Positions 62,727-64,000 of a stretch of DNA of 64,000 bases are shown here, one piece after another. The notes under the pieces were generated by a model. It worked only from the letters and a program-made list of their open reading frames with translations, did no database searches and was not told where the DNA came from. A program made the position numbers and the translations under genes. The stretch is from the sequence record MK514281.1. One strand, 5' to 3'. Positions within the stretch are counted from its first letter, which is position 1, and each line of letters opens with the position of its first letter.

Positions 62727-64000
62727 ATGTCCGCGATTAATGACTTTCTATTTACTGCGGGCATGGAGGGGTTTAACGACCCCTCCTCTATACCGCCCGT
62801 TGGTATAGTTGTGCCCTTTTTTGGTGTTGAAGAGTTCGCCGAAGCGGATGCTGAACAATCTGTACGTATGACAGAGATGAACCAGCAAGCCGAAGCAATT
62901 CAACGCCTGCAACAAACGCTGGTCTACATCAACGCTCACCGTCCGACCTTTGACCGTGAGAATGCTGCCGTCGTGCAGCAAGCACTGGGTGAAGTGCAGG
63001 TACTGATGCCCGACATGGAAGACCCGGTCACCATCATGGGGTCGCTGGAGCATTATACGCCGGCTTACACCAACCACCTGCTTGCGCACGGTATTGAAGG
63101 CATTGGTGATAAGATCCTGAGCGTGGTCAAGAAGATCATCGAACTCTTGAAGAAAGGTTATGCCTTCTTGAGTAAAGCCATCCAGGCAAAGGGTGTGGTC
63201 TTCGGTAAACAGAAGCGCGAACTCGATGACCTCAATGCGTGGTTTAAAGAGCAACGCAAAAGCAACGATAAGCCCGCTACCACCACCGGCAATGAACCTA
63301 AGGTTGTTACGGTCACTGCCCCGACCTATCTGTACACCGTCGACAGTAACAAACCGTTAGCGGCAGATCGCTTAGCAAGCGAAGTGGCAAAGTACAACAA
63401 ATTCCTGCAGGCCTTCTCGGTTGATTTCATCCGGGCGCATATTACCCTGGGCGATCTCTATATTCGTGCACTGGGTAGTCTGGATATTGCCAGTACCAGT
63501 AACGAAGAGTTGTTCACCAAGATGTTTAAGGGTCAGTTTAAATACCAGGCCTCGGGTGCATCGCTGTACACCAAACGCAACGGCGAAATGTGTGATATCG
63601 AAACAGTTGGGTTGATTGGCGGGATTGGCTTTAAAGCCTCCATCGCGAATATCCTGGTCGCACCGCTTGAGATGACTGCAGACGGTTCTAACCAGCGTAA
63701 GTTCTTCAAGCAGATGAACGGGTTATACAACTACAGTTTTGTCTCCAAAATAAAAATGGATGGCAGTACGGTAGGGAATACCCCAATCTATGCTTGCAGT
63801 CTCGCTGACGCTGAGCGGCTGGTGAATCAACTTGATATGTTGACCAACTGGATGATTAACAGTCAACACGACGAAGAGATCCGTGACTTTAATAAGCGGG
63901 TGACTGAGTGTGTGGATAAGCTGGCTGATCGTGCCGGTCGTCTGGGTAATGACCGCAGTGATTTTATCACTACTGTGATCAACGCTTTGTCTGGTATCTC
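62727..64000 (+). CDS. Inner-body/ejection head protein, paralog; 3'-truncated and absent from the ORF track
   Basis: GGAG SD; MSAINDFLFTAGMEGFND...GSLEH...HGIEGIGDKILSVVKKIIE; translated by eye for the first ~180 codons, and no stop was noticed to the window end. Confidence 0.75.
   Translation, partial: MSAINDFLFTAGMEGFNDPSSIPPVGIVVPFFGVEEFAEADAEQSVRMTEMNQQAEAIQRLQQTLVYINAHRPTFDRENAAVVQQALGEVQVLMPDMEDPVTIMGSLEHYTPAYTNHLLAHGIEGIGDKILSVVKKIIELLKKGYAFLSKAIQAKGVVFGKQKRELDDLNAWFKEQRKSNDKPATTTGNEPKVVTVTAPTYLYTVDSNKPLAADRLASEVAKYNKFLQAFSVDFIRAHITLGDLYIRALGSLDIASTSNEELFTKMFKGQFKYQASGASLYTKRNGEMCDIETVGLIGGIGFKASIANILVAPLEMTADGSNQRKFFKQMNGLYNYSFVSKIKMDGSTVGNTPIYACSLADAERLVNQLDMLTNWMINSQHDEEIRDFNKRVTECVDKLADRAGRLGNDRSDFITTVINALSGI

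Noticed and set aside
1-64000. tRNA, rRNA, CRISPR arrays, stop-codon reassignment
   Set aside because: No cloverleaf or repeat-spacer pattern was seen in the short intergenic gaps. Core genes translate full-length in the standard code. A tRNAscan/Infernal run would be needed to exclude small RNAs formally.

Overview
A 64-kb slice of a lytic, nucleus-forming jumbo phage genome (phiKZ-like, Chimalliviridae; about 50% GC). Gene order fits enterobacterial members such as Erwinia RAY-like phages, but this is inferred from synteny only. From the left it carries: the 3' part of a non-virion RNAP beta' subunit (NADFDGD); early and accessory genes; the conserved core block (SbcD/Mre11-like nuclease, ChmC-like protein, gp68-like nvRNAP subunit, PicA-like and gp70-like genes, nvRNAP beta and beta', SF2 helicase with a LAGLIDADG intein); an accessory cluster (24.5-32 kb); a minus-strand tail/baseplate chaperone locus; virion RNAP beta'; a second accessory island with a Tad2/DUF2829-like gene; tail-fibre-like genes; the exonuclease half of the split PolB; and a late block of baseplate and head/inner-body proteins with (S/A/G)-x-E protease sites. 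The most notable observations are: (1) a probable programmed -1 frameshift on a U8 run fusing the 539-aa chaperone to a start-less downstream frame; (2) an island with Tad2 next to four tandem paralogs, bracketed by two paralogous NUMOD1-like-domain genes; (3) a class 3 (Ala1, WCT) intein; (4) a tandem triplet of HExxH proteins with one apparently dead copy; (5) a strand-oriented TTATGCCG tail on terminator hairpins; (6) a 34-bp promoter motif present three times. No tRNA, rRNA or CRISPR array was seen. phiKZ gp-number equivalences come from motifs plus recalled synteny, not from searches. Several starts were moved from the ORF track to the codon behind a Shine-Dalgarno sequence.
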